Assembly (NCBI GenBank): GCA_965112735.1
Contig: OZ218965.1
Span: 1,612,001 to 1,676,000 of the forward strand
Source of the DNA: Phaeosaccion multiseriatum
Taxonomy: Eukaryota > Protista > Ochrophyta, other classes
Direction of reading: 5' to 3'
Length of the DNA stretch: 64,000 bases
Part shown: piece by piece, positions 1-12,074 of the stretch
How the letters are laid out: every line of letters starts with the position of its first letter
How positions within the stretch are numbered: the stretch's first letter is position 1
Notes under the pieces: generated by a model
Seen by the model: the letters and a program-made list of their open reading frames with translations, nothing else
What the model was told of the DNA's origin: nothing
Database searches by the model: none
Translations under genes and position numbers: made by a program

Positions 1-12
1 CGGCGGTGTAAC

Positions 13-1170
13 TCACCCTTTAGGCCCCTGCTTTGCCTGCTGTAATCTTAATCTTTCCCTTTGCCGCGCTGCCCTTTTCTGGAGCTTTGCCCTCTCCCTC
101 CCCTCCGCGCCTGCCTCTCTTCTTCTCTTTACCGCGGCCTCCCTCCTCTTCCGCAGCCTCTTCTCGTGGGCACTCTCACCTCCCCCGAAAGCGACACCAC
201 CCTCTGCAGCAGCAGCCTCTGCCGGTGCTACAGCAGCTGCTCCTGCGCCCGATCCTCCCGCTGCCGGTCCTGCCCCTGACCCTCCCGCTGCCGGCGGCAG
301 TGCTGCGGCTGCCTGCTGTAATCTTAATTTTTCCCTTTGCCGCGCTGCCCTTTTCTGGAGCTTTGCTCTCTCCCTCCCCTCCGCGCCAGCCTGTCCTGCC
401 CCTGACCCTTCCGCTGCCGGCGGCAGTGCTGCGGCTGCCTGCTGTAATCTTAATTTTTCCCTTTGCCGCGCTGCCCTTTTCTGGAGCTTTGCTCTCTCCC
501 TCCCCTCCGCGCCAGCCTGTCCTGCCCCTGAACCTTCCGCTGCCGGCGGCAGTGCTGCGGCTGCCTGCTGTAATCTTAATTTTTCCCTTTGCCGCGCTGC
601 CCTTTTCTGGAGCTTTGCCCTCTCCCTCCCTTCCGCGCCTGCCTCTCTTCTTCTCTTTACCGCGGCCTCCCTCTTCTTCCGCAGCCTCTTCTCGTGGGGA
701 CTCTCACCTCCCCCGAAAGCGACACCACCCTCTGCAGCAGCAGCCTCTGCAGGTGCTACAGCTGCCGGTCCTGCCCCCGATCCTCCCACTGCCGGTCCTG
801 CCCCTGATCCTCCCGCTGCCGGCGGCAGTGCTGTGGCTGCTGCTGCCGGTGCTGGTCCTGCTACTGCTGCTGCAGCTCCTCCTCCTCCTCCTCCTCCTCC
901 TCCTCCTCCTCCTCCTCCTCCTCCTCCTCCTCCTCCTCCTCCTCCTCCTCCTCCTCCTCCTCCTCCTCCTCCTCCTCCTCCTCCTCCTCCTCCTCCTCCT
1001 CCTCCTCCTCCTCCTCCTCCTCCTCCTCCTCCTCCTCCTCCTGCTCCTCCTCCTCCTCCTCCTCCTCCTCCTTCTCCTTTTTCTTCGTTCCCCCCTTCTT
1101 CCTTTTTTCCCCTTTTTCCGATAAACCTGAGACTAGTGAGGATGGCGAGCGATCTCTGTAACGGATCCAT
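13..1170 (-). pseudogene. Low-complexity Gly/Ala/Arg-rich ORF built from internal tandem duplications; probably a TE-associated gene relic
   Basis: ~120-bp unit (AGAEGRERAKLQKRAARQREKLRLQQAAAALPP) repeated, a larger duplication (~30-300 vs ~560-830) and a (CCT)n tract; diverged inverted paralog at ~2990-3270. Confidence 0.35.
876..1070 (+). repeat. (CCT)n microsatellite
   Basis: Near-perfect trinucleotide run. Confidence 0.97.
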
Positions 1171-1239
1171 GAACCAGTACGCTCTGTCGGGTCCGGTTCA
1201 AGCACCTTTGCAGGGAGGGTGGTGAGAGCGGCTCGGTCC

Positions 1240-1400
1240 TATAGCTTGGTGAGATTTGGGGATTTTGTGGGAGAAGCGCACATAGTCTAGTGTCGACCTG
1301 TCCGTCGCCCCGATTTTTGCCTCGATTTTTGCCCCGATTGCCCCGATTTTTTCTGTCCGTCGCCCCGATTTTCTCGTATTTTCGTATTTTCCCTTCTCCC
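1240..1400. repeat. Cluster of short GCCCCGATTTT-like motifs, possibly subterminal repeats of a DNA transposon end
   Basis: About 5 copies of (g)ccccgattt and 2 copies of ctgtccgtcgccccgatttt. Confidence 0.45.
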
Positions 1401-2362
1401 ACCTGTTTGTGCGCTCCATTAAAGAGGATCAACGCTGCTTAAATAACCACAACTGCTACATTCCAGCAGCAGCAATGGCTTAGTGAAGGCTTGCTCATGG
1501 CAGGAAGGTGGCAGGGCTAGTAGCAGCAGCAGTCAAGCAAAGAGAGGTACATTTCAAACCACCACACCACCAGCAGAGAAAAATGGAGGAGAATGAAGAA
1601 GCTGTAGCGGGGCAGCACAAAAGGATGGAACAGCACCACCTGTGTGACAGTCCTGAAGCGATTTCTGGCGCACAGGGCTCTGAGAATACGAGTGGAAAGG
1701 CCGCAGGAGCGCACGACGACGATGACAGTGATTGGGACGACGAGACTTGGACGCAAGCCGTTGCTCTGGCAGATGAAGCCGGCTGCGGCGGTACAACCAG
1801 CGACCGCTTCGAAACTGGGCACTCAAGCGGCAGTGGAGACTTAGCTTGCGACAATTGCTGCAGCACAGGAGGAGATGCGGTGAAACAATTGCAGACAGCT
1901 AAGCAGAGATTGAAAATCGAGAAGGGGCGCTGTAGAAGATGCTTACAAAGTTCGAGGAAGACGAGGCCGGCCCCTGAAGGGAATAAGCGAGAACCTGCGG
2001 TTGAATGGTGCAGCTATGAAAGGAATTGATGAGGATTTGCTTCTCCCAGCGGAGAAGGAAGATAAGCGAAAGAAGGAGGGGCTGTGACTTGTCTTCGAGC
2101 GCAGACAGGGTAGATGGTGCAAGTGGTGACCACTTCGTCGGGTTTTCTTCGCAGCCCCTTGGTCGCACGTCTAAGCGGTACGTTCTCAATGATCTCCTCT
2201 TCCTTCTTGATGCCTGGCTGCTCTTGTCCACGCCCCCCGCCCACTCTGGGCCGCCCTTTCTGAACATACCTTGACACACTTATTCCCCCTGTTGTTCTCG
2301 CCCCCTTTCACATCTTTTTTTGTGCTAACAGGGGTGAGAAAGACGAGGATGAGGACGAGGAG

Positions 2363-3335
2363 GATGGAAATACGGGCGACAAGGGGGGGCGGTGGTGGTG
2401 GGGGAGGGTTTGGGAAGAAGAATAGACCACCAGCGCAGACTGAGTTCATCAAAGTAGCACTCGAGGCGGCAAGGGATCCAAAGGAAGGGTTGCCTACCTG
2501 GCAAACTCCCTACTACAGGGCCTCGACGCCAAGCCGCCAGTCTGAAGTGGGAGGGTATGCCCAACGTGACGTGTTTGTCTGGGCCCCCCACCTCTTCCAC
2601 AACCTTGAAGAGGACCACCAGCAGCCTCTTTGCGCATGGGATGCATCGTCAGAGTGTGTACAAGCTAATGGGTGGACGTCGCCGCAGCGGGCTGTGTCTG
2701 TCACCAGCCTCGAGCAGGAGGAGGAGGAGGAGGAGGGGAGGGAGGGAAGAGGGGGAGGGGGAGGAGGAGGAGGAGGAGGAGGAGGACCATCATCATCAGC
2801 AGCAAGAGAATCACAAGGAGGAGGAGGAGGAGGAGGAGGAGGAGGAGGAGGAGGAGGAGGAGGAGGAGGAGGTGGTGCTGGTGTTGGAGGAGACGGGGGG
2901 GGGGGGAGGAGAGGAGGAGGAAGAGTTGCAGGTGCTGCTGAGGCTGGAGAAGGAGGGGGGGAAGGAGGAGGAGGAGGGGGAGGAGCAGCAGCAGCAGCAG
3001 CCGCCGCAGCACTGTGGCCGGCACGGGGAGGATCAGGGGCAGGAGCATCTGTAGCGCCTGGAGAGGCTGCTGCTGCAGAGGGTGGTGTCGCTTTCGGAGG
3101 AGGTGAGAGTACCCACGAGAGGCAGCTATGGAAGAGGAGGGAGGCCGCGAAAAGGAGAAGAAGAGAGGCAGGCGAGGAGGGAAAGGAGAAGGCGAGGCTC
3201 CAGAAAAAGGCAGCGCGGGAAAGGGAAAGATTACAGCAGGATAAGGACGGGCCAGAGGGTGATTTACCCGTTTCTGTATGCATAGTATTGTATATACAAC
3301 ACTTAGGTCTTCTACAGTTGCCTCTATTCTGCTGA
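2363..3335 (+). pseudogene. Transposon-protein-like fragment (DUF6729-like Cys motif) fused via (GGA)n to a paralog of the 13-1170 repeat ORF
   Basis: DVFVWAPHLF...PLC...C..ANGW..PQRAVSV resembles the FxWxP..CP..C....GW...RxV motif of DUF6729-type proteins (recalled, not searched); 2990-3270 is an inverted paralog of 20-260. Confidence 0.35.
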
Positions 3336-3427
3336 GGAGAAGGAGAGAGTCGATAGAGAGGATTCTTTCTTTTTTTTCTCCTTTTTTTACCCCCCCTTTT
3401 TTGTGCAGGCCACTCGTTCATGTCACA

Positions 3428-3484
3428 TCGGAAACCCCCTGACGCACTATCTACTATCCGCTATCCGCTAGCGCCAGGGGTCGA
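3428..3484. mobile_element. Degenerate mini-MITE of the CTATCCG family
   Basis: ccccctgacgcactatc...ctatccgctatccgctagcgccaggggtcga, similar to the element at 24639-24756. Confidence 0.45.
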
Positions 3485-3672
3485 GTATCCGTAAGGCTGT
3501 GGCGTCTTATCTCTCCCACCAAGGAGTGGGGAGTGTACAGACAAAGAAAGAAGAGGCGGCGGTGAAGGTTCGAAAGGTTCACCAACGCTGCTGATTGACA
3601 ATCTGGTGTCGAGCAACAAGCAGCTCTGAGGAGGGGGGGAGGAGGGGGAGGGAGAGCGAGGGGGAGGTGGAG

Positions 3673-4220
3673 TCGACCCCTGGCTGTAACCTGCTATATC
3701 GACCACATTCTCGATAGCATGCTTTCGGGCCCTGGTGCCTCGGCCGACCGCCAGCCAGCCGATATTGGTTTGTTTGCTCTAGCTAGGCCGCTAGCTAGGC
3801 CGCTCGGCCTTCGGCCGATCTATGCCTAGGTCGGCGGCCTCCGGCCGCTCTAGGCCGCTCACTTTTCAGTCCTAGGCGGCCTCTAGCCCGCCTCCAGGCA
3901 GCCTCCCAGCCAGTGACCGTGGCCCGTGGGCGCGTGCGTGGTGCCGCCCAGCCAGTGGGTAGCAGCACACCTGTAGGCCTGCACTCCTGTAGGGCCAGCG
4001 AGGCGGAAAGAGACAAGCACACGAACCAAGTCTTCTCCGCACTTCCAATCCCGTGCAATACATTTGCACTCTGGGCACTCGCTCCCACCGTCTGCCCTAG
4101 CTAGGCCGCGGGCCTCCGGCCCGCCTAAGCCGCCTAGGCGGCAGCATATAAATAGGCCGAGGGCCTACGGCCCTCGCTAGGCCGGGCAATTTTCCCAAAT
4201 AGGCCTAGGCCGCTAGGCGT
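3673..4220. mobile_element. MITE-like relic rich in CTAGGCC motifs
   Basis: Starts tcgacccctg; many ctaggcc/ggcctag motifs at 3780-3890 and 4095-4220, as in the element at 20408-20600. Confidence 0.4.
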
Positions 4221-4634
4221 GCATGGGGCAGGTGGTAAGGGGTCTAGCCTACTGTTGAGTGCCTCCGTCGGTGAGCAAGGCTTTACTTATGCATACGTTT
4301 ATGAAATCCCACTCTGCGATGAGACAGTTCGCGGAGCAATAGAGAGGGATTGGAAGAAAGGCATGGCAGTTAGACCAAGCAAGGTAGAGCGGACGGTTTT
4401 CAGTTTCAGCGACGTTATCAACAGTACCCAACACCATAGGAGGGGGTTGATCGATCCATTTGGACGTACTTAATGCGCTACACGGTACGAGGGAGCGGCT
4501 CGGAGGCAGGAGGGAAGACCCTCTTCCTTGGACCCAATCAATCCAATCAATCAGAGGAGCGATGGAAGGCGTTCCACTACTTCTCTCTCGCTTCCCACCA
4601 CAGGCAGGGCAGCCTCACTCGCACGTGCAGCTTC

Positions 4635-6743
4635 TCAATTCCAGGGGCCAGGCCGGCTCCTCTTCCGCGATGGTCCTTCTTCTTCCTTCTCAGTCTCGTT
4701 CTGCCCCAGCTCAAAGCCGTACTCTCCCATCAGTGTCTTCACCTCCCTCGACATGCCCTCCAAACAGAAGAACTCCGCGGCCTGCAGAGCCTGTTTCGCT
4801 CGAACGTCGTCGAACAGCTTCACACGCTTCCTCTTCTTGCCGCCCCGGCCAGTGCCTTCAGCTTTCCCCCCTCCTCCTCCTCGCCTGCCGCTGCTGCTGT
4901 TGCTGCTCGCGCCCCCCTCTGTACCTCCCTCTCGCGGCCTTCTCGCCAGCAGCTCCTCCACACTGCCCGTCGTCACGAACTGCACCACAGCCTCAAAGCC
5001 CTCCTCGGTGAAGTCCACGCCATCACAGCTCAGCTCTACGCGCTTCATCTGCTTCTTGCCCTTCCCTGCCCCCTTCTCCTCCCCATCATCATCTTCATCG
5101 ACCCCCTTGTAGCCGTGCTTCCTCGGGTCCAGCATATTCGGAAGAATGCCTGCCGCTGAGGCTTGGCCTGTGGAGGTCTTCACTCTTTCCTCCTCTCTCC
5201 CACTGACCCTTGCCGCCAGCCGCTCCATCAGAGGGATGCTCAAGACGTACTGCTTCTCCCCCTTCTCACCACTGCAATTATTAACCAGCCTAACCCGCAC
5301 TGCGCTGTCAGCCTTCTCATCCTCAGCACCAGCTAAAACGGACATGCAGTGCTCCGAAACGGTGTGGAGTCTGTCTTTGACCACATTGCACTCCTCCATC
5401 CCTTCTCGGAAGAAAGAAGCAAAGCTATCACCGAAGCCTGCCTCCCCTGCCACTTTCATCACCTTCCCATCGACAGCCGTGCCCATCTTCAGCAGGAATC
5501 GAGCCACCTTCTCGCGCGCCTCCTTCTCTCCTGGTGGTGCATCAAGCTCAAGCAAAGTCTGAGCCACCTTCCCTTCTCCAGGGCGCATGCACGATACCAA
5601 AGGACTTTCACCATCATCAGTGAGGGCATCGATCGCCGCTCCACTCTCCACCAGGAGGTAGGCCAGCTTGATGCTGCCCAGGGTGGCCGCGAGATGCAGT
5701 GCGGTGATCGAATTCGTGTCCTTGACATCAACAGAGGCATCGGCGCGTATCAGCTCGCTCACAATCTCCTCGTGGCCATAAAGGACCGCACACGAAAGGG
5801 AAGTGCTACCAAAGGCATTGACAGCATCAAGGGGGGCACCGCGGCGAATGAGCTCCTTCACACATCCCAGATGTCCACTCAGAGAGGCCGAGTGGAGCGG
5901 CGTGAGCAAAAAGTAGTTTTCCACTGCATCGACCTGCAGCCCTCTGCCCACAAGAGTGGGGATGCACTGCTCGTTTCCGAAACACGCGGCGAGGTGCAGG
6001 AGAGTCTGGCCGCCATCTTCGTCCTTCACCTTCACCTTCACATCTGCGCCCTTGTTGAGCAAGACCGACAGAGCCTCGGCCCGCCCTGCTTTTGAGCCGT
6101 GCCCCTCCTCCCCCATACAGCACCACTGGGCAGCCGTAAACCCCCGCTGATCCTTCTCGAATACATTGGCCCCCGCCTTCAGCAACATCTTCACACTCGA
6201 AGGGCTCCCAGCCCGAGCCGCATCGTGCAAGGCATAGCTCCCCTCCCATTTGGCTCCATGCTTAAGCAAGTACCACACTATCATGGGATTGCCGTTCCAA
6301 ACAGCAAGGTGTAGAGGTGTCCATCCAGCATCACACTCGATGTTGACATCCGCACCCGCCTCAACTAGCCCCACCACCAAGTCAAAGCGCCCCCACCATG
6401 CAGCTTGGTGCAGAGCCGTCTCGCCAGGCTCATCTTCATCCTCCTCACTGCTGAGTTTGGTGTCCAGGTTCAGTCCGCACTCCCCCAGCAGCTTCACCCC
6501 CTCCAGCATCCTCGAACCCTTCACCTCCGAACAGAGTGTCTTGCTCGGCTCAACATCGGCGAGGTAGTGCAGCGGACCATACCCCTTCTGCTTCAGCTCC
6601 TTGACATCGACGGTGCAGAGAACGGCCTTGAGCAAGAGCAGGAGGTCCTCCTTGCTGCTCCCCCAGCCCGAAGCCTCCAGCTCAGCCCTCTTGTCGTACC
6701 ACGCCTGCACCTTCCCGGCAATCCTCTCCCGCTCCGCGCTCAT
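4635..6743 (-). CDS. Intronless ankyrin-repeat protein with a C-terminal BTB/POZ-like domain (~702 aa)
   Basis: Uninterrupted ORF from ATG at 6743; ~9 ankyrin repeats (GETALHQAA, GWTPLHLAV, GQTLLHLAA, LTPLHSAS, ITALHLAA); BTB-like FTEEGFEAVVQFVTTG and ALQAAEFFCLEGM. Confidence 0.85.
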   Translation of the reverse strand: MSAERERIAGKVQAWYDKRAELEASGWGSSKEDLLLLLKAVLCTVDVKELKQKGYGPLHYLADVEPSKTLCSEVKGSRMLEGVKLLGECGLNLDTKLSSEEDEDEPGETALHQAAWWGRFDLVVGLVEAGADVNIECDAGWTPLHLAVWNGNPMIVWYLLKHGAKWEGSYALHDAARAGSPSSVKMLLKAGANVFEKDQRGFTAAQWCCMGEEGHGSKAGRAEALSVLLNKGADVKVKVKDEDGGQTLLHLAACFGNEQCIPTLVGRGLQVDAVENYFLLTPLHSASLSGHLGCVKELIRRGAPLDAVNAFGSTSLSCAVLYGHEEIVSELIRADASVDVKDTNSITALHLAATLGSIKLAYLLVESGAAIDALTDDGESPLVSCMRPGEGKVAQTLLELDAPPGEKEAREKVARFLLKMGTAVDGKVMKVAGEAGFGDSFASFFREGMEECNVVKDRLHTVSEHCMSVLAGAEDEKADSAVRVRLVNNCSGEKGEKQYVLSIPLMERLAARVSGREEERVKTSTGQASAAGILPNMLDPRKHGYKGVDEDDDGEEKGAGKGKKQMKRVELSCDGVDFTEEGFEAVVQFVTTGSVEELLARRPREGGTEGGASSNSSSGRRGGGGGKAEGTGRGGKKRKRVKLFDDVRAKQALQAAEFFCLEGMSREVKTLMGEYGFELGQNETEKEEEGPSRKRSRPGPWN

Positions 6744-7899
6744 CCTCCTCGAGAGCACACTCTTCCCTTACCCCGAGCCACTCTGTCGTACAGACAAGAG
6801 AAGAAGGGTAAGGAAGAGGGGAAGTTGGTAGCCTCGAACTTTGAAAGCTTCTGCTACACCAGTCGGGCACAGTTGACAGACAGCAGTGGGGGGAAGCCGA
6901 TGGAGAAAGGCAGCAGCGAATACAGACTGAGGCAGAGCCTCAGAAGGAGATAGAGAGGAGCACGAGCGGAACGAGGGGGAGAGGGAGGGGGGGAGGGTAT
7001 CGGTACAAAGCGTGAGAGAGGGGGGGGGGATTTAACGCCCTGTGATGAGTCGTAGGCCTTTAAGAGAGGCTCCCTTTTTTACTTTTGTTTGTCGTCGGAT
7101 TATCGTCGGCGTCATTGGAGGGAGGAGACGAATGAAGTCAAAGCCAAGAGATACAGACTATCGCAGACCAAGCGCTTTGGCAATCTCAGAGAAAACATTG
7201 TGGAATAGGGGTTGGGCTGCTGAAGAGGGTTCGCGGCGTTTGCGTGGCGAGAATTGGCAGCTGATAAAGCGAGGGTGCGTTTTCTTCAATTTTTGACCAT
7301 CTCAGTCAAGAGGATGTCATGGGCGAGCGCGACTCCACCGTCGGAGATGGAGCTGGGGCAGCCATGTGTCTCTTCCGTAGGATTGTGCGGAGCTTTTGAT
7401 GTGCCGCCCTTGCTCTGTCACGCCACAGTCACTTTGACTTTTCCCTCAAAGGGTGAGTACTCCGGCTTTGCTGATGTAGCAACGTGTAGATGCTGATGCT
7501 GGCCTTATCTACCGATCTCAGGGCCCGTCAGGCCATCATGCACTCCGTATGACACCGTTGGCAACTCCCGCACCACCGCTGGCTCCATGGGGCTTTGGTA
7601 GCGGGCCTCTCGCACGTGTTCTGCGTAGCTAAGTCGACGCAAGGGGAGAGAGCTTAGCAATGGAGGTATTGGCTGCGCGCGCTACCGACCACCACAGGCG
7701 AAGCGCTTCGGGAAATCTGAGACACAGACAGTATTTTAGATGTTAAGCAGCTTAAAGGCTGATTGTAGCGTCTGTATAGAGAGATTTAGGAGGTGAAGTG
7801 TGCTGATAGGTTGACGAGATCTTTGCCCTTGAACAAGGGAGAAAGAGAGAGGCGTAGCTCACACAAGAGGTGATGATCTTAGGGCAAATTACGGATTCT

Positions 7900-8100
7900 G
7901 TAGTAAAATAGCCGATGAGAAGCCGGGAGTGCGGTCTTTGGTGACAGTGGGCCAACATGTGGAGCTGAAGTGTCCGTTGCGTTGGCGGGAATTTGGCCTT
8001 AAACAAGGGAAGACCGTGTGCGAGCAAGAGCCCATGAGGGATGAATGGCTACGAGGAGACTGCGGCCCATATGAGGTAGTCGACGTTGAGCAGCTAAGAG
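7900..8100 (-). mobile_element. Possible CACTA/EnSpm-like transposase relic
   Basis: LPLFKAKFPPTQRTLQLHMLAH resembles the LE.IFPP...xHLLxH motif of EnSpm transposases; in-frame stop upstream. Confidence 0.35.
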
Positions 8101-8201
8101 TGCGATTGTGGGTGCTGTGGAGCGGAAGGGGTGAGGCGAGATGGAAACACTGATGGCACCAGTTTTCACCTCAAAAATGGTGAGGAGAGGGAGGAGTGTG
8201 T

Positions 8202-8432
8202 TCGGCCCCTGACATGCTTCTGAGACAGGCCAGCCCAGAAGCAGGAAGCAGGCGGGCTGGCGCCGGCCAGAAGCAGGAACTAGCCTTGGCCCTCATCATT
8301 GCCTTACATGGCTTTCCCCCAGAACCTGGAACCTGCCTGGCCGGCTGGCGCCGACCAGAAGCAGGAAGCAGGCCGGCTGGCGCCGGCCAGAAGCAGGAAG
8401 CAGGGTCGCCTCAGAAGCATGTCAGGGGCCAA
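8202..8432. mobile_element. MITE (CAGAAGCAGGAA family) with ~23-bp TIRs and 6-bp TSD
   Basis: TIRs tcggcccctgacatgcttctgag / ctcagaagcatgtcaggggccaa; direct repeat gtgtgt at 8196-8201 and 8433-8438; internal ccagaagcaggaa repeats. Confidence 0.85.
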
Positions 8433-11044
8433 GTGTGTGCGACCAGCAGACCACGAGATGTGAAACCCTTGAGAACACTTGAGGGATACATTGTCAGCCG
8501 AGTGCTGGGCAGCTCGAAGTGTCCTTTCAGGAGCTACAGAGTGAGGGAGAGAATTTACAAGTGTGAAGGGCCCCTTGTCATGGTCATTTTGACCCTCGAT
8601 CGAGGGGGAAGAGAGAGTATGACGATAGATATGGGCCAGATACAACGCTAGGCTATAGCTCATGACCATGCGCCGATTCGGTACACTTCACATGCTCTCC
8701 TTGTCGAGTTTGCGGTTTACAAGGCTATCTATGTATTTTTCGTCTGTTCAATCCAATTTAATACATGGGCAGCTCCAACTGTACACACACTGCCCCTACT
8801 CCCCATATCGGTGGTGCTACGGCTGCTACTACTCGAGATGCTGCACGAGGCCCCGTCTTACCTGCGACATCCGTCTCGGTAGCCCGCCAAGCCCTCCTCT
8901 GGCAGCTCCAACCCCCCCTCCCACGGCCTCCACCCCACTTTCTCTGCCTGCAGGGCGGTCAGCGACTTGAGTATGGCCTTGCGGCTCATCGTCCTGTCGC
9001 CCCTGAGTCATTCTCGCTTCTCGACCATGTGCCACGACGAACACCACCACCCACAGCAACAGCACGCTAACCCCCCCCTTTCTCCGGCTCAGCTCCCATG
9101 GCCGCCTCGGCTGCCGATGGCGCGTCCAGCTGCTGCTTGATTGAGCTTCTCTCACTCGTGGCTGGTAGGCTTCAATACGATCACGCTCATCCGCAGTAGC
9201 CAAGAGGAGCTGCAGCTGATCGTGCAGCAATTGCGTCCCCCGGGGTGGACGACGAGGCGGATAAGCTTGACTTCTATCTGGGCGCCTGTTTCTCTTCCCC
9301 CCACTCGTCTGGCCACCACTGCTCGTAAACCCCTTGCTCCTTACCTTCTCGCTCCCTGAAGAGAAGCAGGATGGTCGCCGCAGTCGTTCTCCTGCCCCGG
9401 TAATGACCCTCGTGATGACCTAACCGAAGGGGCCAAAATTAGGGAGGTGGACACGAGGTGATTTCCCATGTCTGGTTATGCTCGCTGAAGCTGAAAGTTG
9501 GACATCTGACAACTCACACACTAGATGCCACAACATACCTTGTGTCGCCCTTGACTCCGCCGGGAAGGTTCCTTCCCTTTCCTCTCCACCCTGATACTTC
9601 CCCACCTGTGCAGTGACCTCGGGAGAAGCTGTCGAAGCCGCCCCGATAGCCCCACCACCCACGTCCCGCAAGAACAGGGGGCAGGAAAGTTACCATGACG
9701 CCAATTGAGCAAGACCGATACTCTGACGGGGCGTGGGATTGGCTGCTCATGACCTCACAAAAAGGGCCCTTCAAAGGCAAAGGAGTGGGGAGTACACGTA
9801 TGCGATTGTGCACATGGGATTATGACCTTTGAAGCTAAAACTTGGTCACAAGCCAGGCTATATACGAGTGATGTTGATCCCCCTTGCCCCGCTCGTAACT
9901 GCCAGGCGAAGCCTTCCATCTCACGCCCTCTCCCCCGCTCGTGCGCCCTCACCTTTTCGGCCACCTCGGGTGACGACCTGCGATAGACCTCTTGCCCTCC
10001 ACCCATGGACAGCGGCGGTACGGGAGTCATCAGACGTGTCCTACGGACGAGATGACGCCCTGATGGACCCTGAAAATCGGTTGAATTGAGCAGCGTCCAC
10101 GTCTCAGAGACATCCAACTGTGAAGGTGGAGTACCCGAACTTCAAAGGCAAAAGTGCCGACGAGCTGGAGGCGGAAGAGCATGCGACGCATATGAAAAGT
10201 TTCGTACACTCCTGGAGAAGAGATCCTATCTTGGACCCCGCTTATCTCTATGGGTATACCCCCCTCCGTCCGTCCTCTCTCTCTATCGAAACCAAGGTTG
10301 GCGAAAAACGCACCTTTGCCGCTCACCCGCTAGTTATTGCCACAAAGCTCCTGCGAGCACGCTCTCAGCTGCCTAATCCCGAGTTCACTGTGTTTTCCTC
10401 AAGCTTGCGCGAGCGCTTTGCCTGGGATAGTCCGTATAATAATTAGTATTCACACAGGGGGGGTTAATTGACATACACGGGGGGCGGTTAATAATTGGCG
10501 CAAAAGGGCGGAAATTTCTGTTGGCTCTCGGGTCACTGTTGCAGATGAGATTATTATTAAGACATTATATTCGTTGGCACTATATGGAGGGAGCCGTGTT
10601 GGTAACTGCGTTAGGGACATCGCAACACGACAATTGTCGCGATCAACAGCTAGCTGTCCATTGTGCATTAGACAGGAAAAGTGCGACAACGAACGAGAGG
10701 CCCAGGTTTACCAAGATGTCAGATTGGCAAGATGGAGGGCGAAGAAGAAAAGGACGAAGGCGATACGGCCGTTCCTGATACGGAGAGTCTGCTGCGGTAG
10801 GTGGCAGGGCTCAATCGCAACACACTGCCCTTAGCCCGGAGGCTAACATTTGGCAACGACACATCCATTGGACTTTTGCGTGCAAAGCGGCTTCAGCAGG
10901 GTCGTGAGCTCATTCAATCGGGGGGGGGGGTAGTCTCGACGCAGCATGTCGACTGCAGGAGAGCCACGCGGGCCGGCAGCAAGCGGGCGAGGAGCAACAG
11001 GAGGAGAACAAATGACGGAGGAGGAGGCGATAAGGAGGGTGACG

Positions 11045-11190
11045 TGATGCTAGCGGGCAGAAGCGGTGGTGCGGACGTGAATGCTGTAGCGGGCGGAAGT
11101 GGCGCGGAACACGTGGATGCAGTAGCGGGCAGAAGCGGCGCCGTGGACGGGGATGTGCTGTAGCGGGCAGAAGCGTTGGCGATAGCGGGC
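11045..11190 (+). repeat. Short ~36-bp tandem repeat (about 4 copies)
   Basis: Repeated tagcgggcagaagcg core. Confidence 0.75.
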
Positions 11191-11229
11191 GTGATGGGGA
11201 TTTTGGAGGACAGAAGTGGATGTGAGATG

Positions 11230-12070
11230 TTTGAGGACAAGGACAAGGGCAAGGACAGGGGCAAGGACAAGGGAGAGGGCAAGGGCAAGGGCAAGGGCAA
11301 GGGCAAGGAGAGGGACGAGGACAAGAGGATAAAGACAGAGGACAGAGGACAGAGGGCAGAGTACAACGAAGACGGAGAGCAGAGGACAGAGGAGAGAGGA
11401 CTGAGGGCAGAGTACGAAGAGTACGAAGAGGACAGAGGGCAGAGTACAAACAAGACGGAGGACAGAGTACAAAGAGGGCAGAGTACAAAGAGGATAGAGG
11501 ACAGAGGACAGAGGGCAGAGTACAACGAAGACAGAGAGGAGAGGAGAGAGGACTGAGGGCAGAGTACAAAGAGGACAGAGCACAGAGGGCAGAGTACAAA
11601 CAAGACGGAGGACAGAGTACGGCGAAGACAGAGAGCAGAGGACAGAGGGCAGGGTACAAAGAGGACAGGGGACAGAGGACAGAGTACAAAGAGGACAGAG
11701 GACAGAGGACAGAGGACGGAGGGCAGAGTACAAAGAGGACAGAGGACAGAGAGCAGACGGCAGAGCACATAGAGGACAGAGGACAGAGGACAGAGTACAA
11801 AGAGGACAGAGGGCAGAGTACAAAGAGGACAGAGGGCAGAGTACAAAGAGGACAGAGGACAGAGGACGGAGGGCAGAGTACAAAGAGGACAGAGGACAGA
11901 GAGCAGATGGCAGAGTACAAAGAGGACAGAGGACAGAGGACAGAGGGCAGAGTACAAAGAGGACAGAGGACAGAGGACAGAGGGCAGAGTACAACGAAGA
12001 CAGAGAGCAGAGGACTGAGGGCAGAGTACAAAGAGGACAGAGGACAGAGAGCAGATGGCAGAGAAGAGGA
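11230..12070 (+). repeat. Degenerate purine-rich array based on AGAGGAC / AGAGGGCAGAGTACAA units
   Basis: Irregular iterations of agaggac and gggcagagtacaaag. Confidence 0.9.
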
Positions 12071-12074
12071 AGAG

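Noticed and set aside
8770-10900. Decayed coding-like sequence and short ORFs
   Set aside because: No motif I could assign; probably TE relics but unsupported
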